A DNA stretch of 62,818 bases from a virus (IMGVR_UViG_3300029319_007025:1-62818), one strand, 5' to 3'; shown: positions 8,565-18,984, counted from the first letter of the stretch. Translations and numbers: made by a program. The notes: generated by a model not told the origin, from the letters alone.

Positions 8565-9557
8565 ATGGGTAATCCAGTTTCAAGTGCCGTTCATGTAAAT
8601 ACCCCGTTGACCAACGTCAGCGTGGCATACATGCAAAAGGCAGATTTATTTATCGCGCACAAAGTGTTTCCACAAGTGCCGGTATCAAAGCAAAGCGACA
8701 TTTACTACACGTATGACAAGGATGACTTCCGACGTTCAGAAGCACAGCTTCGTGCCCCAGGCACGGAGAGCGCAGGCGGCGGCTATCGTCTTGACTCAAC
8801 GAATACATACTTCGCTGCTGTCAATGCTATCCACCAAGACATCGGTGATCAGGTTCGTGCGAACGCTGATGCTGTCTTGAACATGGACAAAGACGCCACC
8901 GAATATGTCACTCAGCAGTTGATGCTGAAACGTGAGAAAGATTGGGTAAGCAGCTTCTTCCAACTCGGAACATGGACGGGTGGTATTCGCCCTTCAACTT
9001 CAGGAACCGGAGATCTCGATGGTGCGGGTGCTGACTTTACACAATGGAACTCAACGGGCGCGACTCCTGTCTTCGACATCACTCGTCAAAAGAATGAGAT
9101 TCTAAAAGGCACAGGTTACATGCCGAACACTTTGGTTCTGCATCCAAATGTCTATAACGCACTCATCAACTCAGACGACATTGTAGATCGTGTGAAGTAC
9201 ACGCAGCGCGGCGTCCTTGGGCCTGACCTTCTTGGTGCGGTTCTTGGTATTGACCGAGTATTCGTTGCTTACGCTGGTGAGAACACAGCAAACGAAGGTG
9301 CTACCGCAGCTAACGCATTCATTGGCAGCAATGAAATTGCACTACTTTGCTACAGCGCACCTGCTCCTTCACTTATGCATGCTTCTGCTGGTTACACGTT
9401 CACTTGGAGCGGGTACACTGGTGCTCAAGACGGTATGCGTATTTCTCGATTCCGCATGGAAAATCTTCGTGCTGATCGTGTTGAAGGTGAACTTGCATAC
9501 GACCAGAAGCTGATCTCTGCTTCTCTCGGACAAGTTTTCAAAAACTGCTTGGCGTAG
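8565..9557 (+). CDS. Major capsid protein (HK97 fold, lambda gpE-like)
   Basis: 330 aa; LTNVSVAY, FPQVPV, RAPGTES, PNTLV motifs; SD and synteny. Confidence 0.9.
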   Translation: MGNPVSSAVHVNTPLTNVSVAYMQKADLFIAHKVFPQVPVSKQSDIYYTYDKDDFRRSEAQLRAPGTESAGGGYRLDSTNTYFAAVNAIHQDIGDQVRANADAVLNMDKDATEYVTQQLMLKREKDWVSSFFQLGTWTGGIRPSTSGTGDLDGAGADFTQWNSTGATPVFDITRQKNEILKGTGYMPNTLVLHPNVYNALINSDDIVDRVKYTQRGVLGPDLLGAVLGIDRVFVAYAGENTANEGATAANAFIGSNEIALLCYSAPAPSLMHASAGYTFTWSGYTGAQDGMRISRFRMENLRADRVEGELAYDQKLISASLGQVFKNCLA

Positions 9558-9565
9558 GTTAAACA

Positions 9566-9907
9566 ATGGCTAAAAGAATCGCGGTAGGTACAAAGAAGAA
9601 AGGCGGCTTGAAGTTTGTCATTGATGGCAAACTTGTTGTCGTAGGTCCTGGTGAGCTAGTCCCACAAGAAGCAGAGTCACAAGTGCGTGACCGCTTCTTC
9701 CGCGATAGGCGAGTGGTATGGGTTGAGGTTAAAGAAAAATCGAAACCCAAACCAAGCCCTTCGAAAACAAAGAAGGAGACAGCCAAAACAAAATCGGCAT
9801 CTCCCTCGCCGTCTTCGGAGGGTGCGGGGGCTTCGGCCCCTGCCCCTCTTGAAGTAAAGGCAGAGGAAGGCAACGCTAAAAGTGATAAGCCGAAACGGAA
9901 GCAGTAA
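9566..9907 (+). CDS. Hypothetical Lys/Pro/Ser-rich protein
   Basis: ORF tightly following the capsid gene; low-complexity tail. Confidence 0.6.
   Translation: MAKRIAVGTKKKGGLKFVIDGKLVVVGPGELVPQEAESQVRDRFFRDRRVVWVEVKEKSKPKPSPSKTKKETAKTKSASPSPSSEGAGASAPAPLEVKAEEGNAKSDKPKRKQ
9818..9848 (+). terminator. GC-rich cUUCGg hairpin, candidate attenuator/transcript stabiliser after the capsid gene
   Basis: GAGGGTGCGGGGGC-TTCG-GCCCCTGCCCCTC; only a TT tail follows. Confidence 0.5.
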
Positions 9908-9967
9908 GTTGCAAAGTTTTGACTAGGTTCGGGGAGATTGAAACCTCCTTGAGGGGAGGCGTTTGAA

Positions 9968-10411
9968 ATGACCTGGAGCTACTCGGGCGATCCATCTAGT
10001 TCGGATCGTGACAAAGTTCGTTTCTTAGTATTCGATACAGATACAAACGACCAGTTACTTAGCAACGAAGAGCTTGACTGGCTCTTATCACAGAACAGCA
10101 ATATTTACATGGCTGCCGCAACAGCGGCAGAAGCTATCGCTGCAAAGTTCGCTAAAGATATAAGCCGGTCGGTCGTTGGTATCAGTGCAACGCCTGGAGG
10201 CAGAGCGGATTTCTATCTCGAACTCGCTGAGCGTTTGAGGGCACAGGTTTCATCTACAAACAAACACGCGCAGGTATTTGCGGGTGGCCTTTCTATTGAT
10301 AATAAAGAGGCGCTTGATGATGACTCAGATGCCGTGCAACCTGGGTTCAAGATTGGTCAGTTTGATTATGACGGTCCTAACCAAGGGCAAGACTACACGG
10401 ATCCTGAGTAA
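9968..10411 (+). CDS. Head-tail adaptor/connector
   Basis: DKVRFLVFDTD...LLSNEEL motif; synteny. Confidence 0.75.
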   Translation: MTWSYSGDPSSSDRDKVRFLVFDTDTNDQLLSNEELDWLLSQNSNIYMAAATAAEAIAAKFAKDISRSVVGISATPGGRADFYLELAERLRAQVSSTNKHAQVFAGGLSIDNKEALDDDSDAVQPGFKIGQFDYDGPNQGQDYTDPE

Positions 10412-11010
10412 TGGTTGACTTCAAGTTCAAACTTGACGGTAAGCCAGGCAAGGCATTGCTGCAACTTGAGAAGACGCTCGGCATGAGCATGGCTAAAGAG
10501 ACATACAGGTTCGCAGAGTATGCGGCAGGCATTGTCCGTGAAACAATCAAAGTCGAGTGGCTTGATAAAAGTACGGCAGGTGTATCAACCGGACAACTCA
10601 TGCGGTCGTATAGGCCAACGATGCTTATGACTTCGGGCAAGGATGTTTCCGTAGGCATCTTTTCCGACCTCGTCTACGCGGGCATTCACGAAACAGGCGG
10701 GACGATAACCGCGAAGAATGCGACGAACCTAGCAATACCTTTGACAAGAAAAGCTAGGCGTGTGTCAGCGCGTCAGTTTCCTGGCAACCTGAAGTACGTT
10801 CCTGTACCAGGGAAGAATTATAAATTACTTGTTGAGGTTAGGAAACGCAAGAACGTAGCACATTACTTGCTCAAGCGCTCCGTGCGTATCAAACCAAAAC
10901 GCTATCTTGCTTCATCTGTGAAAACAATAAACAAGGTGCTTCCATCCTATTGGAGGTCGAGTATAAATGGTACAGTGAAAAAAAGTTTCAGAGGTTTGAA
11001 GACGAGATAA
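10411..11010 (+). CDS. Neck/virion morphogenesis protein (Mu gpG / HK97 gp10-like)
   Basis: TGQLMRS and YAGIHETGG motifs, basic, IKPKRYL. Confidence 0.75.
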   Translation: MVDFKFKLDGKPGKALLQLEKTLGMSMAKETYRFAEYAAGIVRETIKVEWLDKSTAGVSTGQLMRSYRPTMLMTSGKDVSVGIFSDLVYAGIHETGGTITAKNATNLAIPLTRKARRVSARQFPGNLKYVPVPGKNYKLLVEVRKRKNVAHYLLKRSVRIKPKRYLASSVKTINKVLPSYWRSSINGTVKKSFRGLKTR

Positions 11011-11011
11011 A

Positions 11012-11461
11012 ATGGGTACGCCGAGTAGACAAAATATAGTTTCAAATTTGAAGACAACGCTTGAAACTATTACGACAGGCAATGGATATGATACCGATGT
11101 TGCTACGGTGCAGATCCTTGCGAAGTCGTGGTTGCAGGTTCCGCAGCAAATAAGACCTTGGCTTGGTATAGTTCCTCAAGAGACAAACTACCAATACTTG
11201 CCAAATGGAATCATCAGGTCTGTTCTTGTCATTGATATTATAGGTCACGTAGCAAACGGAACAGCAGAGCAAAAACGTGCAAGGTTATCAGGGCTTATCG
11301 ACGACCTGTTTGCCGCGCTTAACGTTGATACAACTAGGAACGGCAACGCGGTTATGACCACGGTCGTTTCATCTGAGACAGACGAAGGTGATCCAGAAAG
11401 TGATGGAACATTAGTTCTGAGAATAAACGTGGTTTATATGCGAACCACTGGGAGTACATAA
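11012..11461 (+). CDS. Tail terminator (lambda gpU-like)
   Basis: Size, RQNI...L...I...NGY N-terminus, synteny before tail tube. Confidence 0.65.
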   Translation: MGTPSRQNIVSNLKTTLETITTGNGYDTDVATVQILAKSWLQVPQQIRPWLGIVPQETNYQYLPNGIIRSVLVIDIIGHVANGTAEQKRARLSGLIDDLFAALNVDTTRNGNAVMTTVVSSETDEGDPESDGTLVLRINVVYMRTTGST

Positions 11462-11462
11462 A

Positions 11463-11693
11463 ATGGCAGCAATAAGATATGTGGGCGACGCTGAAAGCAT
11501 TCGCCTGGGTGCCTTGCTCGTAAGGAAAGGAGTGACACTAGCTGTCTCCGATGCTCTTGCGCGTGAGTTTTTAAACGTTCAAGGTTTCGAGATTATTGAA
11601 GATGAGAAACCTGCTAAGAAACAATCTAAGAAAAAGCAAAAGGAAGAAGCCATCGAGCCAGAGCCTAAAGCAATCGAAGAGGAGATCAAGTAA
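11463..11693 (+). CDS. Small hypothetical protein
   Basis: Translationally coupled ORF within the tail operon. Confidence 0.6.
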   Translation: MAAIRYVGDAESIRLGALLVRKGVTLAVSDALAREFLNVQGFEIIEDEKPAKKQSKKKQKEEAIEPEPKAIEEEIK

Positions 11694-12892
11694 TGGGTGT
11701 TAACAGTAAGCACATGTTGGGAAGGGACCTACGCTTTTACGCGGTGCCTGAGACAACATACAATCCAAGTCTATCAGGGTACACGATACCGACAGCAACA
11801 GACGCGCTCAAGGTTCTAACAAGCTCTATGGAATTTAGCCAAGAGCGTGTGGAGCGTATGGACGCACGTGAGACACGTTCATTGCTTGAACGGATCACGC
11901 GCCGAAAAGAAATTAGTTGGTCTTGTGAGTCGTACATTATTCCACGCGGCTCCGCTACGGCAGGAGCAGCGCTTACACGTAGAACGTCCTCTAACGGAAA
12001 CGACTATCACGTACTGCTTAGAGCTGCACTTGGTTCAAGCGCAAGTGATGGCGCGTCAGGCACAAGATACTCTTTGACATCCACACAAGACCTGCCAACG
12101 GTAACCGTCTTCAGAGAAGCGTCAGGCGTAGGTATGGAAATGATTACTGGGGCTTTTGTGAATGAGTTTAGCATTAGTGGTTCAGGTGGTGACGAGCCTA
12201 AGATGTCATGGAGCGGCAATGGTTCTAAGCACGTCTTTACGGGCACAGTAACAGCAGAGAGTGGTACGTCAGGCCCCAATGCTACGTTCACTGCCGCAGT
12301 GGGCAACGGTCACGACAACTTTGAAGAAGGTTCGTTGGTGCAAGGTGCAGGTGGTGCTTTGGGTCGTGTTACTTCTGTAAACCGATCAACAGGCGTTATA
12401 ACCACGGACTCAGGTTCAGCTTTTTCTGCGGAACTCATTACTCCGTACGCGCCAACGCCAAGCGTAAACGCTGCTCAACCTTTGAATGGTATCACCGGAT
12501 CACTCGCACTGACTGGCCCGACCGCAACGTCATTACCTATCACGACTTTTGAAATGAACATTGCTAACAATATCAAAGCAATTAATGATGAAGCGTTTAC
12601 CGATAGTATCACTGACTTTGTGACAGGGTATCGTACCGTCACAGGTAGCTTGAGCGTAAGAGCGCGAGCGGATCAAATGAAAGAGATCATCTTGCGTAAA
12701 CTTTTTGAGCAACGTGACATTGCTATCACTATCGGTAGCGGTACAGGCACAAGTGTAGTAATTGATATGAACCAAGTTGAGTTTGACTTCTCCGCGATTG
12801 AGATTCCTGAAGCAGAGGAGGCAACCTTCGAGTTGCCTTTTACTGCGCTAGGAAGTAGCGGTGATGATGAAATGACACTAACGTTCACCTAG
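11693..12892 (+). CDS. Major tail tube protein (non-contractile)
   Basis: 399 aa Ser/Thr/Gly-rich; RTVTGSL and ELPFTAL C-terminal motifs; no sheath gene nearby. Confidence 0.85.
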   Translation: MGVNSKHMLGRDLRFYAVPETTYNPSLSGYTIPTATDALKVLTSSMEFSQERVERMDARETRSLLERITRRKEISWSCESYIIPRGSATAGAALTRRTSSNGNDYHVLLRAALGSSASDGASGTRYSLTSTQDLPTVTVFREASGVGMEMITGAFVNEFSISGSGGDEPKMSWSGNGSKHVFTGTVTAESGTSGPNATFTAAVGNGHDNFEEGSLVQGAGGALGRVTSVNRSTGVITTDSGSAFSAELITPYAPTPSVNAAQPLNGITGSLALTGPTATSLPITTFEMNIANNIKAINDEAFTDSITDFVTGYRTVTGSLSVRARADQMKEIILRKLFEQRDIAITIGSGTGTSVVIDMNQVEFDFSAIEIPEAEEATFELPFTALGSSGDDEMTLTFT

Positions 12893-12921
12893 TGAACAAA
12901 TAACAAGAGGGAGATGACGAC

Positions 12922-13344
12922 ATGGCAAGAATAGCCAAAAGAAAAGAGGATGCTGTTTGGTATATTCCAGACATTGATGAGAATAGGGATGATGTAGATC
13001 CATTCATGGTTCTACTCTCCCCATTGTCAGCGGCAGACATGCGGAAGCTTGAGCAGTTTGGCCTTGGTAAAGTTACCAAGAAAGGCACAGCAGAGATCAA
13101 CTTCATGGAGAGAGCACAGCAGTTGCAAGAGCGTATCATCAAAGAACGTGTTCTCGATGTGAAGAATTATTCTGTGATGCTTCAATCCGCTGAAGGTAAA
13201 GAAGAAGTGTTCACGCCAACCAATGGAAAAGAATTGCTCAAGGCTATTATGCAAGCGGGAGCAAGTGAGGCTATCATTCTTGACGATATTGTGGAGGCGT
13301 TGAAAGACACATCAATGTTGGATGAGGGTACGCTGGGAAACTAA
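12922..13344 (+). CDS. Tail assembly chaperone (gpG-like)
   Basis: Between tube and tape measure; ends CTG GGA AAC TAA. Confidence 0.85.
   Translation: MARIAKRKEDAVWYIPDIDENRDDVDPFMVLLSPLSAADMRKLEQFGLGKVTKKGTAEINFMERAQQLQERIIKERVLDVKNYSVMLQSAEGKEEVFTPTNGKELLKAIMQAGASEAIILDDIVEALKDTSMLDEGTLGN
13335..13341 (+). other. -1 programmed ribosomal frameshift heptamer G GGA AAC
   Basis: In-frame X XXY YYZ immediately before the stop; the -1 frame is open to 13766. Confidence 0.9.
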
Positions 13345-13766
13345 AGATAGCTGTTAGGTTTGTTTACAGCGGCGACATGGCAACATGGTCATGGGGCTGC
13401 TCTAAGTGCAAAGGGAATTCAGAGGGAGATAGTAAGAGGCATTTACGAAACTGCGACGAAGAGAGCAACGCAAATATATCTTGGGCTTGGATGCCTGGGT
13501 TGCGTAGGTGTCCTTGGTCTATCATTGATGACGAGACATGGGCATTGTTTAGTTGGTGGCAAGATTGGAAAACATTACAAGTGTTACCTTGGGGAGGTAG
13601 TGATCTAATGCAACAACCCGCTTATGTGCTTCAAGCGTTTAGACAATGTGAAACCACACTCAATGAATTGAATAAAGAAGAGCAAACAAAACAGCAGAAA
13701 GAATATGAGAAGCAACAGCGCGAACTGAAGCGCAACATGAGCAACCGTCAAGGAGGTAGGAGGTAA
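13341..13766 (+). CDS. Tail assembly chaperone frameshift extension (gpT-like)
   Basis: -1 frame reads KLKIAVRFVYSGD into ORF 13377-13766; LPWGGSDLMQQP motif; four Cys. Confidence 0.8.
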   Translation, partial: LKIAVRFVYSGDMATWSWGCSKCKGNSEGDSKRHLRNCDEESNANISWAWMPGLRRCPWSIIDDETWALFSWWQDWKTLQVLPWGGSDLMQQPAYVLQAFRQCETTLNELNKEEQTKQQKEYEKQQRELKRNMSNRQGGRR

Positions 13767-13767
13767 T

Positions 13768-16700
13768 ATGGCAAGGTTAGTAACAGGCATTATTCTTGAT
13801 GCTAAAGACAATCTTACCCCTGCGATCCACAAGGCAGGACGTTCCGTTGCTAACTTTGCAGCTAAGGGCAGAAAATCACTCAAAGGTTTTCAGATGGCCT
13901 TGATTACAATCAATCAAGGTACACAGCTTTTAAGATCTGCTTTCAATGTTACACTCGGCCCCGTTGTACGTGTCCTAAAAAACGCGACAAAAGCATCCTT
14001 AGATTTTGGTAAAGCAATGGCCGAGGTGTCTACACTTGTTGACACACAGACGACGGACATGGCCGCGCTAAACAAAGCAACGCTTGGCCTTGCTATGCAA
14101 TACGGCAAGGCACCTATAGAACAAGCCAAAGCTCTTTACACGTCGATCTCGGCAGGTGCAGCGGCAGGCGCAGAATCAATCTCACTTATGAATGCTGCAA
14201 ACATGATGGCGGTTGGTGGTGTAACACAGGTCGAGACAGCAGTCGATGGTTTGACATCGGTTATCAATGCGTATGGTGTAGGGTTCCAGAACGCGGAAGC
14301 TGTGAGTGATAAGTTCTTTCAAGCAATCAAGTTAGGTAAAACAACAGCAGGCGAACTTGCAGCAAACATTGGTAAGGTAACAACAGGTGCAGCGGCAGCA
14401 GGCGTCTCTATGGATGAGATGTTTGCTGCTATTGCGGCAGGCACAAAGGTTGGTCTAAACACAGCAATGGTGACGGTTGGTATCAATGCAGCAATCACCA
14501 CATTGACGAAACCGACCAAAGATGCCGCTGAGGTTGCAAAGCGTTTGGGGCTTGAGTTCAATACCACACGCCTTCGATCCATAGGGCTTGTAGGCATCTT
14601 GAAAGAGGTCGCAAGTAAAGCCAATCTCACAGACGACGATCTCGCTAAACTGTTCGGCTCTGTACGTGCTGGGCGTGTTGTCGTTGCTTTGATGAACAAG
14701 AACTTTCACGAGATAAACAACATTCTGCCACAGCTTGCAAATAGCACAGGTGCGACCCGTGAAGCGTTTGAGAAGATGGCTGCGACGGCAGGTTTTCAAA
14801 TAAGCAGGCTAAGAGCGACATTCGAGTCAGCGCTTATACTTGCCGGTAATCTCGTTACACAGAGTTCTCAATTTGGAACATTCATCAAAGGTATGGTTGA
14901 TGGCGCTAAGATACTTGTCACTGCTTTGTATAACATGGGACAAGGTATGCATCAGTCGAAGGTTGATCTAAACGGGCTTGGTAGGAACCTTATACTTGTT
15001 GGTGGCCGCATGATGATCATGGGTACGAAGACACTCATGTTCCTAACAGAGCAGTTCTATAGCTTAGCAACAGGTATTCAGATCGTCGCTAATACATTCA
15101 ATCTTTTTAGCAAGCGGAGCCGCCTCAAAGAAATCAACGATAGACTTCAACAGTTTGACAGACGTCTTGGAGCAGCGATTGACAATGTGAATGACGCAAA
15201 GCGCAACCTTAGTGATCTCGTCAAAGAGTACGGTAGCGTTGAAAATGCGCAGAGGCTAGCGGGAGGTTCGTTACAACTTTACACTGAGCAGGTCGTCCTC
15301 GCCAAAGAGAATCTGAAAGACATACTTGCTCAAAGCGACAAGTATAAGAAGTCGGTCATGGGTGAGATCAATGCAGCGAGAGGATTGAACGCATCCAACT
15401 ACAAAGCATCAGTAACACTCGGCCAGTTCAAAGACGCAGCGGGCGATCTTACAATAGCGCTCGACGCATTGAATAGCGAGCTAAATGATCCTGAGGCATT
15501 GGGTAAAGCAGAGAAGTCTTGGGAAGGTGTTCTAAAGGCTGTTGAGGCAGCTAAAGCAGCTCTAAGAACAGGCGGCGGCACGGGACGTGGTACAAGAGGC
15601 GACGAAGACGAAGAAAAGAAACTCACCGAACGTCAGAAGGCCGCTGTTCAAGAACGTGCTAAGACCGAATACTTCACCCAGCTAGCTTTGGCGAAAAGCC
15701 TCGCGAAATTAGGTGAGACAAAACTAGAGACAGATAAAGCAATCGCAGAAGCCAGATTGCAAATGCTTGATGGCTTAGGCAAAGCAGAAATAGCTGCAAC
15801 CAAAAAAGGTATCGCGTTAGCTGCGAAGCAAGCAAAGTCTCAGGAGGATTTTCAAAAGCGTGTAGACGAAGCGTACAGAAAGGGGCTTGAGACACGTAGC
15901 GGGATGGAAGTTGAAAACGCCGCTAGACGTGAGGATATAGAAAGAGCTGCGTTGCAATTTATCAAGGATCAAGAAGACGAAAAGATAAGAGCCATTGCCG
16001 ATACAGCAGCACAAGTAGGACAGATGGTTTACAACCTTGGGCGTCAGTTCGTGGACGACATGATGGACAACAGCCTTACCACCGAGGAGGCATTCAAGAA
16101 CCTTGCTAAGAACATGCTTGTAATGCTCGCGGAGACAACAGCACAGTTCTTGCTGACCGAAGGTTTGAAGCAATTAATTCTAACGCAAACAAATGAGCAT
16201 AAAGAAATGCTCGACCGGAAAGCTAAGATGTCAACGTTCTCAAGGATGGCCTCAGAACTTGCAGCGGAAAAGGTTGCAGTGACCGCAAAGAAAGGCCTGA
16301 AAGTAAAAGAGACAACGACGTCACTTCTCGCAGATAAAGCAAAAGGTACGGGTGGTATACTTTCTTTCTTCGCCGGGCTTGGGCCTATCGGGTTCCTATT
16401 AGCAGCAGGTGCTATCGCAGGTTTCGTTGCCATGATTGTCTCGCTTATTAATTCGGTCAAAGGTTTCAACAAAGGTGGTTTAGTTACAGGCGGTACACCT
16501 GGGCGTGATTCTGTTCCTGCCATGCTCACGCCGGGAGAATTTGTTCTGACAAAGAGCACGGTTGACTCAATCAGAAAAGGCGCTGCGCCACGAACACCTG
16601 GCTTTTATGCGAACGGAGGCATGGTGACACCTATGAGCGCAATGGCTGGAGCAGGAACGGTTATACAGTTCTCGCCAACAATTCAAACAATAGCATTGCC

Positions 16701-16785
16701 TAGCTCGGCGGAGAATCAACGCTACATGCGTGATACCGTTGCAAGGACAACCGCTCGTCTAAATAGAAACGGTTTCTTAGGATAG
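13768..16785 (+). CDS. Tail tape measure protein (TP901-like)
   Basis: 1005 aa Ala-rich helical protein; GKTTAGELA; C-terminal GGLV...DSVPAMLTPGEFV. Confidence 0.95.
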   Translation: MARLVTGIILDAKDNLTPAIHKAGRSVANFAAKGRKSLKGFQMALITINQGTQLLRSAFNVTLGPVVRVLKNATKASLDFGKAMAEVSTLVDTQTTDMAALNKATLGLAMQYGKAPIEQAKALYTSISAGAAAGAESISLMNAANMMAVGGVTQVETAVDGLTSVINAYGVGFQNAEAVSDKFFQAIKLGKTTAGELAANIGKVTTGAAAAGVSMDEMFAAIAAGTKVGLNTAMVTVGINAAITTLTKPTKDAAEVAKRLGLEFNTTRLRSIGLVGILKEVASKANLTDDDLAKLFGSVRAGRVVVALMNKNFHEINNILPQLANSTGATREAFEKMAATAGFQISRLRATFESALILAGNLVTQSSQFGTFIKGMVDGAKILVTALYNMGQGMHQSKVDLNGLGRNLILVGGRMMIMGTKTLMFLTEQFYSLATGIQIVANTFNLFSKRSRLKEINDRLQQFDRRLGAAIDNVNDAKRNLSDLVKEYGSVENAQRLAGGSLQLYTEQVVLAKENLKDILAQSDKYKKSVMGEINAARGLNASNYKASVTLGQFKDAAGDLTIALDALNSELNDPEALGKAEKSWEGVLKAVEAAKAALRTGGGTGRGTRGDEDEEKKLTERQKAAVQERAKTEYFTQLALAKSLAKLGETKLETDKAIAEARLQMLDGLGKAEIAATKKGIALAAKQAKSQEDFQKRVDEAYRKGLETRSGMEVENAARREDIERAALQFIKDQEDEKIRAIADTAAQVGQMVYNLGRQFVDDMMDNSLTTEEAFKNLAKNMLVMLAETTAQFLLTEGLKQLILTQTNEHKEMLDRKAKMSTFSRMASELAAEKVAVTAKKGLKVKETTTSLLADKAKGTGGILSFFAGLGPIGFLLAAGAIAGFVAMIVSLINSVKGFNKGGLVTGGTPGRDSVPAMLTPGEFVLTKSTVDSIRKGAAPRTPGFYANGGMVTPMSAMAGAGTVIQFSPTIQTIALPSSAENQRYMRDTVARTTARLNRNGFLG

Positions 16786-16787
16786 GT

Positions 16788-17837
16788 ATGGCTTATAGTG
16801 CAACACAACTTGCCGAAACGCAGAGGACAGCTTTTGAGAAAGACAATCCTGTGTTGCTTGGTGAGAACGCTCTTGAGCTTGTACCTACGAGCACACAAGG
16901 TTGGAGGTCGTGGGATTCGTCTTCATTCGGCGGGGACAATAACTTCGGCGCGTATACCGTAAGCGGTGTAAACTATGACGCGACTGATTCTAATTTCCCG
17001 GCGAAAAGAATGTCCGATAGGTTCACGCATAGGGTCAGTCGTGCGCTAAAACCTACCGGCATATCCACAGCGTATAATGACCGCTGGTCTTTCATATTCA
17101 AATTCACGAGTGGTTTTACTTTTGACTCCGTTGCGATACTGGGACACAATTTAGGCACGTTGTCTAAAACGTTTGGAACGTCTGCATCAGGTAACGCATT
17201 CACAATCAAGCTAGGCGTCTCCGATGATGGAAACACATGGACAACGATAGCAACATTCACTGACCCTCAAACGGATAAGCCGCTTGTATCTTTCAATTTA
17301 GCAAACGGGTCAGGTTCGCCCTCAACATTTGCCACGTTCTCAGGCGTTGTATACTTCGGCATATCCATTGTCTGCGCATCGGCACAGATGGGGCAAACAG
17401 CAGCAACGTTGCCAGAGATAGGCGAGTTGGTTGTTGGACAACGACTACAGCTACTGCACCAAGCGAGGGTGCCTTATAGTGACAGAGCGACATTCAATGT
17501 CAGCGAACGTGAGCCGGGTGTCACAGGTGTTTCTGCTGTTGATATTTCAAACGCTGGCGGAAGGAATATCAGAGGCATCTATCAACTAACAGGCGATGAG
17601 GATGCACTTGTTAGCCTTTACGAGAATACATTGATACAAGGGCTACTGCCTTTCTTGTTTGTGCCAAGAGGTTCAAAAGCAAACTTTCCTACATCGTATC
17701 TGGGCAGCGAACCTGGCGAAGCGTTTTGGGTTATGATGAAAAACTCTTTATCTGTTATTCCTGACGCAAGTTACCTGGACATGTCCGTTGAGCTAAATCT
17801 TGTTGAGCAAGCGCCTTTTAATTCGGGGATTAGTTAG
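16788..17837 (+). CDS. Distal tail / minor tail protein, paralog 1
   Basis: Follows tape measure; DSVAILGHN and PEIGELVVG motifs. Confidence 0.7.
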   Translation: MAYSATQLAETQRTAFEKDNPVLLGENALELVPTSTQGWRSWDSSSFGGDNNFGAYTVSGVNYDATDSNFPAKRMSDRFTHRVSRALKPTGISTAYNDRWSFIFKFTSGFTFDSVAILGHNLGTLSKTFGTSASGNAFTIKLGVSDDGNTWTTIATFTDPQTDKPLVSFNLANGSGSPSTFATFSGVVYFGISIVCASAQMGQTAATLPEIGELVVGQRLQLLHQARVPYSDRATFNVSEREPGVTGVSAVDISNAGGRNIRGIYQLTGDEDALVSLYENTLIQGLLPFLFVPRGSKANFPTSYLGSEPGEAFWVMMKNSLSVIPDASYLDMSVELNLVEQAPFNSGIS

Positions 17838-17839
17838 AG

Positions 17840-18982
17840 ATGCCGCTTACCGTTTCAACATTGAGCACGAATCTTCAGAATGCCTATAACGCAGGCAAAC
17901 CTATTTTACTCTCGAAGAATATTCTTGCTGGCCAAGAGACAAGCGATGTTACAGATGGGCTTGGCCCAGAGACAGGCATCTCTGCCGTGTGGAGAAATGG
18001 TCGCGGTAAAGCTATATTGCTGCCTGAAGATTTGGCGACCACATCCTTTGCGAAAGCAACGGATCTTGCACAATGTCCTCTGAGAGCATTCGACCACAAT
18101 CTGTCTGGCATGACTGCGCCTTGGTCAAGTTCGTTTCAAAGCGATGCGCCTGCCTCATTCTTCTATTGCCTCGGCGATCCGACCACAGCATTTGATTCTG
18201 TTGTCATAGCAAACCACAACTTCAAAGACATACAACTAGCAATTTCTGAGCAAGACGTTTCAGCCAAGTTGTTCGTTGAGTTGTACGTAAGCGATGCCCG
18301 AACATTCACAACAGGTTCCACAACAACTAGGAAGTTGGTTCGCTGGGAGGCAGGGACAACACCTGGCTTCTCTGCGTTTACGAACAAGCGTTTGGTGTGC
18401 CTCGACCTAGGCACAAGCGGTTCACAGCTTGGTGGTCAGCCTGCTGGATATTTAGGCAAGTTCAATGTAATTAGCGGCGGCAGTTTTTTTCAGTTGGTGA
18501 TAGGTGTTGATAGCACGTCCGTGACCTTCATACCTTCACCTCAAATTGGTGAGTTATTCGTGGGGCCACGTAGACAGTTGTCAAGGAATCCAACGTTTGG
18601 AACAGCACTTGATATTGTACAAATAGAGAGCGACATCTCTAACTTTAGTTCGCGTAGCGGTGTTCAAACAAGGTACGGCCTTTCGTTAGGTAAAAGCGTA
18701 TTCAATCCAACATTCATAACCGAAGGAGACGCGGATCAAGGTACAACAGATCTTTACTCGTTGAATGACCTCGAAACGTTAGAGCAGTTTTGGCAGGACA
18801 CACAGTACGGGGCTAATGGTTTCTTTCTCATACCTTCACCTGGGTCATCGCCTACAATCGACGCACCGTTCTGCGTTGTCTCACAAGCTGAGTTTCCAGC
18901 TCAGTTACAGTCAGGGCTTACGGAGCGTGATATATCATTTGAGTTTGAAGAGACGCCTCCGTACACTAGGGAAGAGGTATAG
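17840..18982 (+). CDS. Distal tail / minor tail protein, paralog 2
   Basis: DSVVIANHN and PQIGELFVG motifs shared with the preceding gene. Confidence 0.7.
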   Translation: MPLTVSTLSTNLQNAYNAGKPILLSKNILAGQETSDVTDGLGPETGISAVWRNGRGKAILLPEDLATTSFAKATDLAQCPLRAFDHNLSGMTAPWSSSFQSDAPASFFYCLGDPTTAFDSVVIANHNFKDIQLAISEQDVSAKLFVELYVSDARTFTTGSTTTRKLVRWEAGTTPGFSAFTNKRLVCLDLGTSGSQLGGQPAGYLGKFNVISGGSFFQLVIGVDSTSVTFIPSPQIGELFVGPRRQLSRNPTFGTALDIVQIESDISNFSSRSGVQTRYGLSLGKSVFNPTFITEGDADQGTTDLYSLNDLETLEQFWQDTQYGANGFFLIPSPGSSPTIDAPFCVVSQAEFPAQLQSGLTERDISFEFEETPPYTREEV

Positions 18983-18984
18983 CT

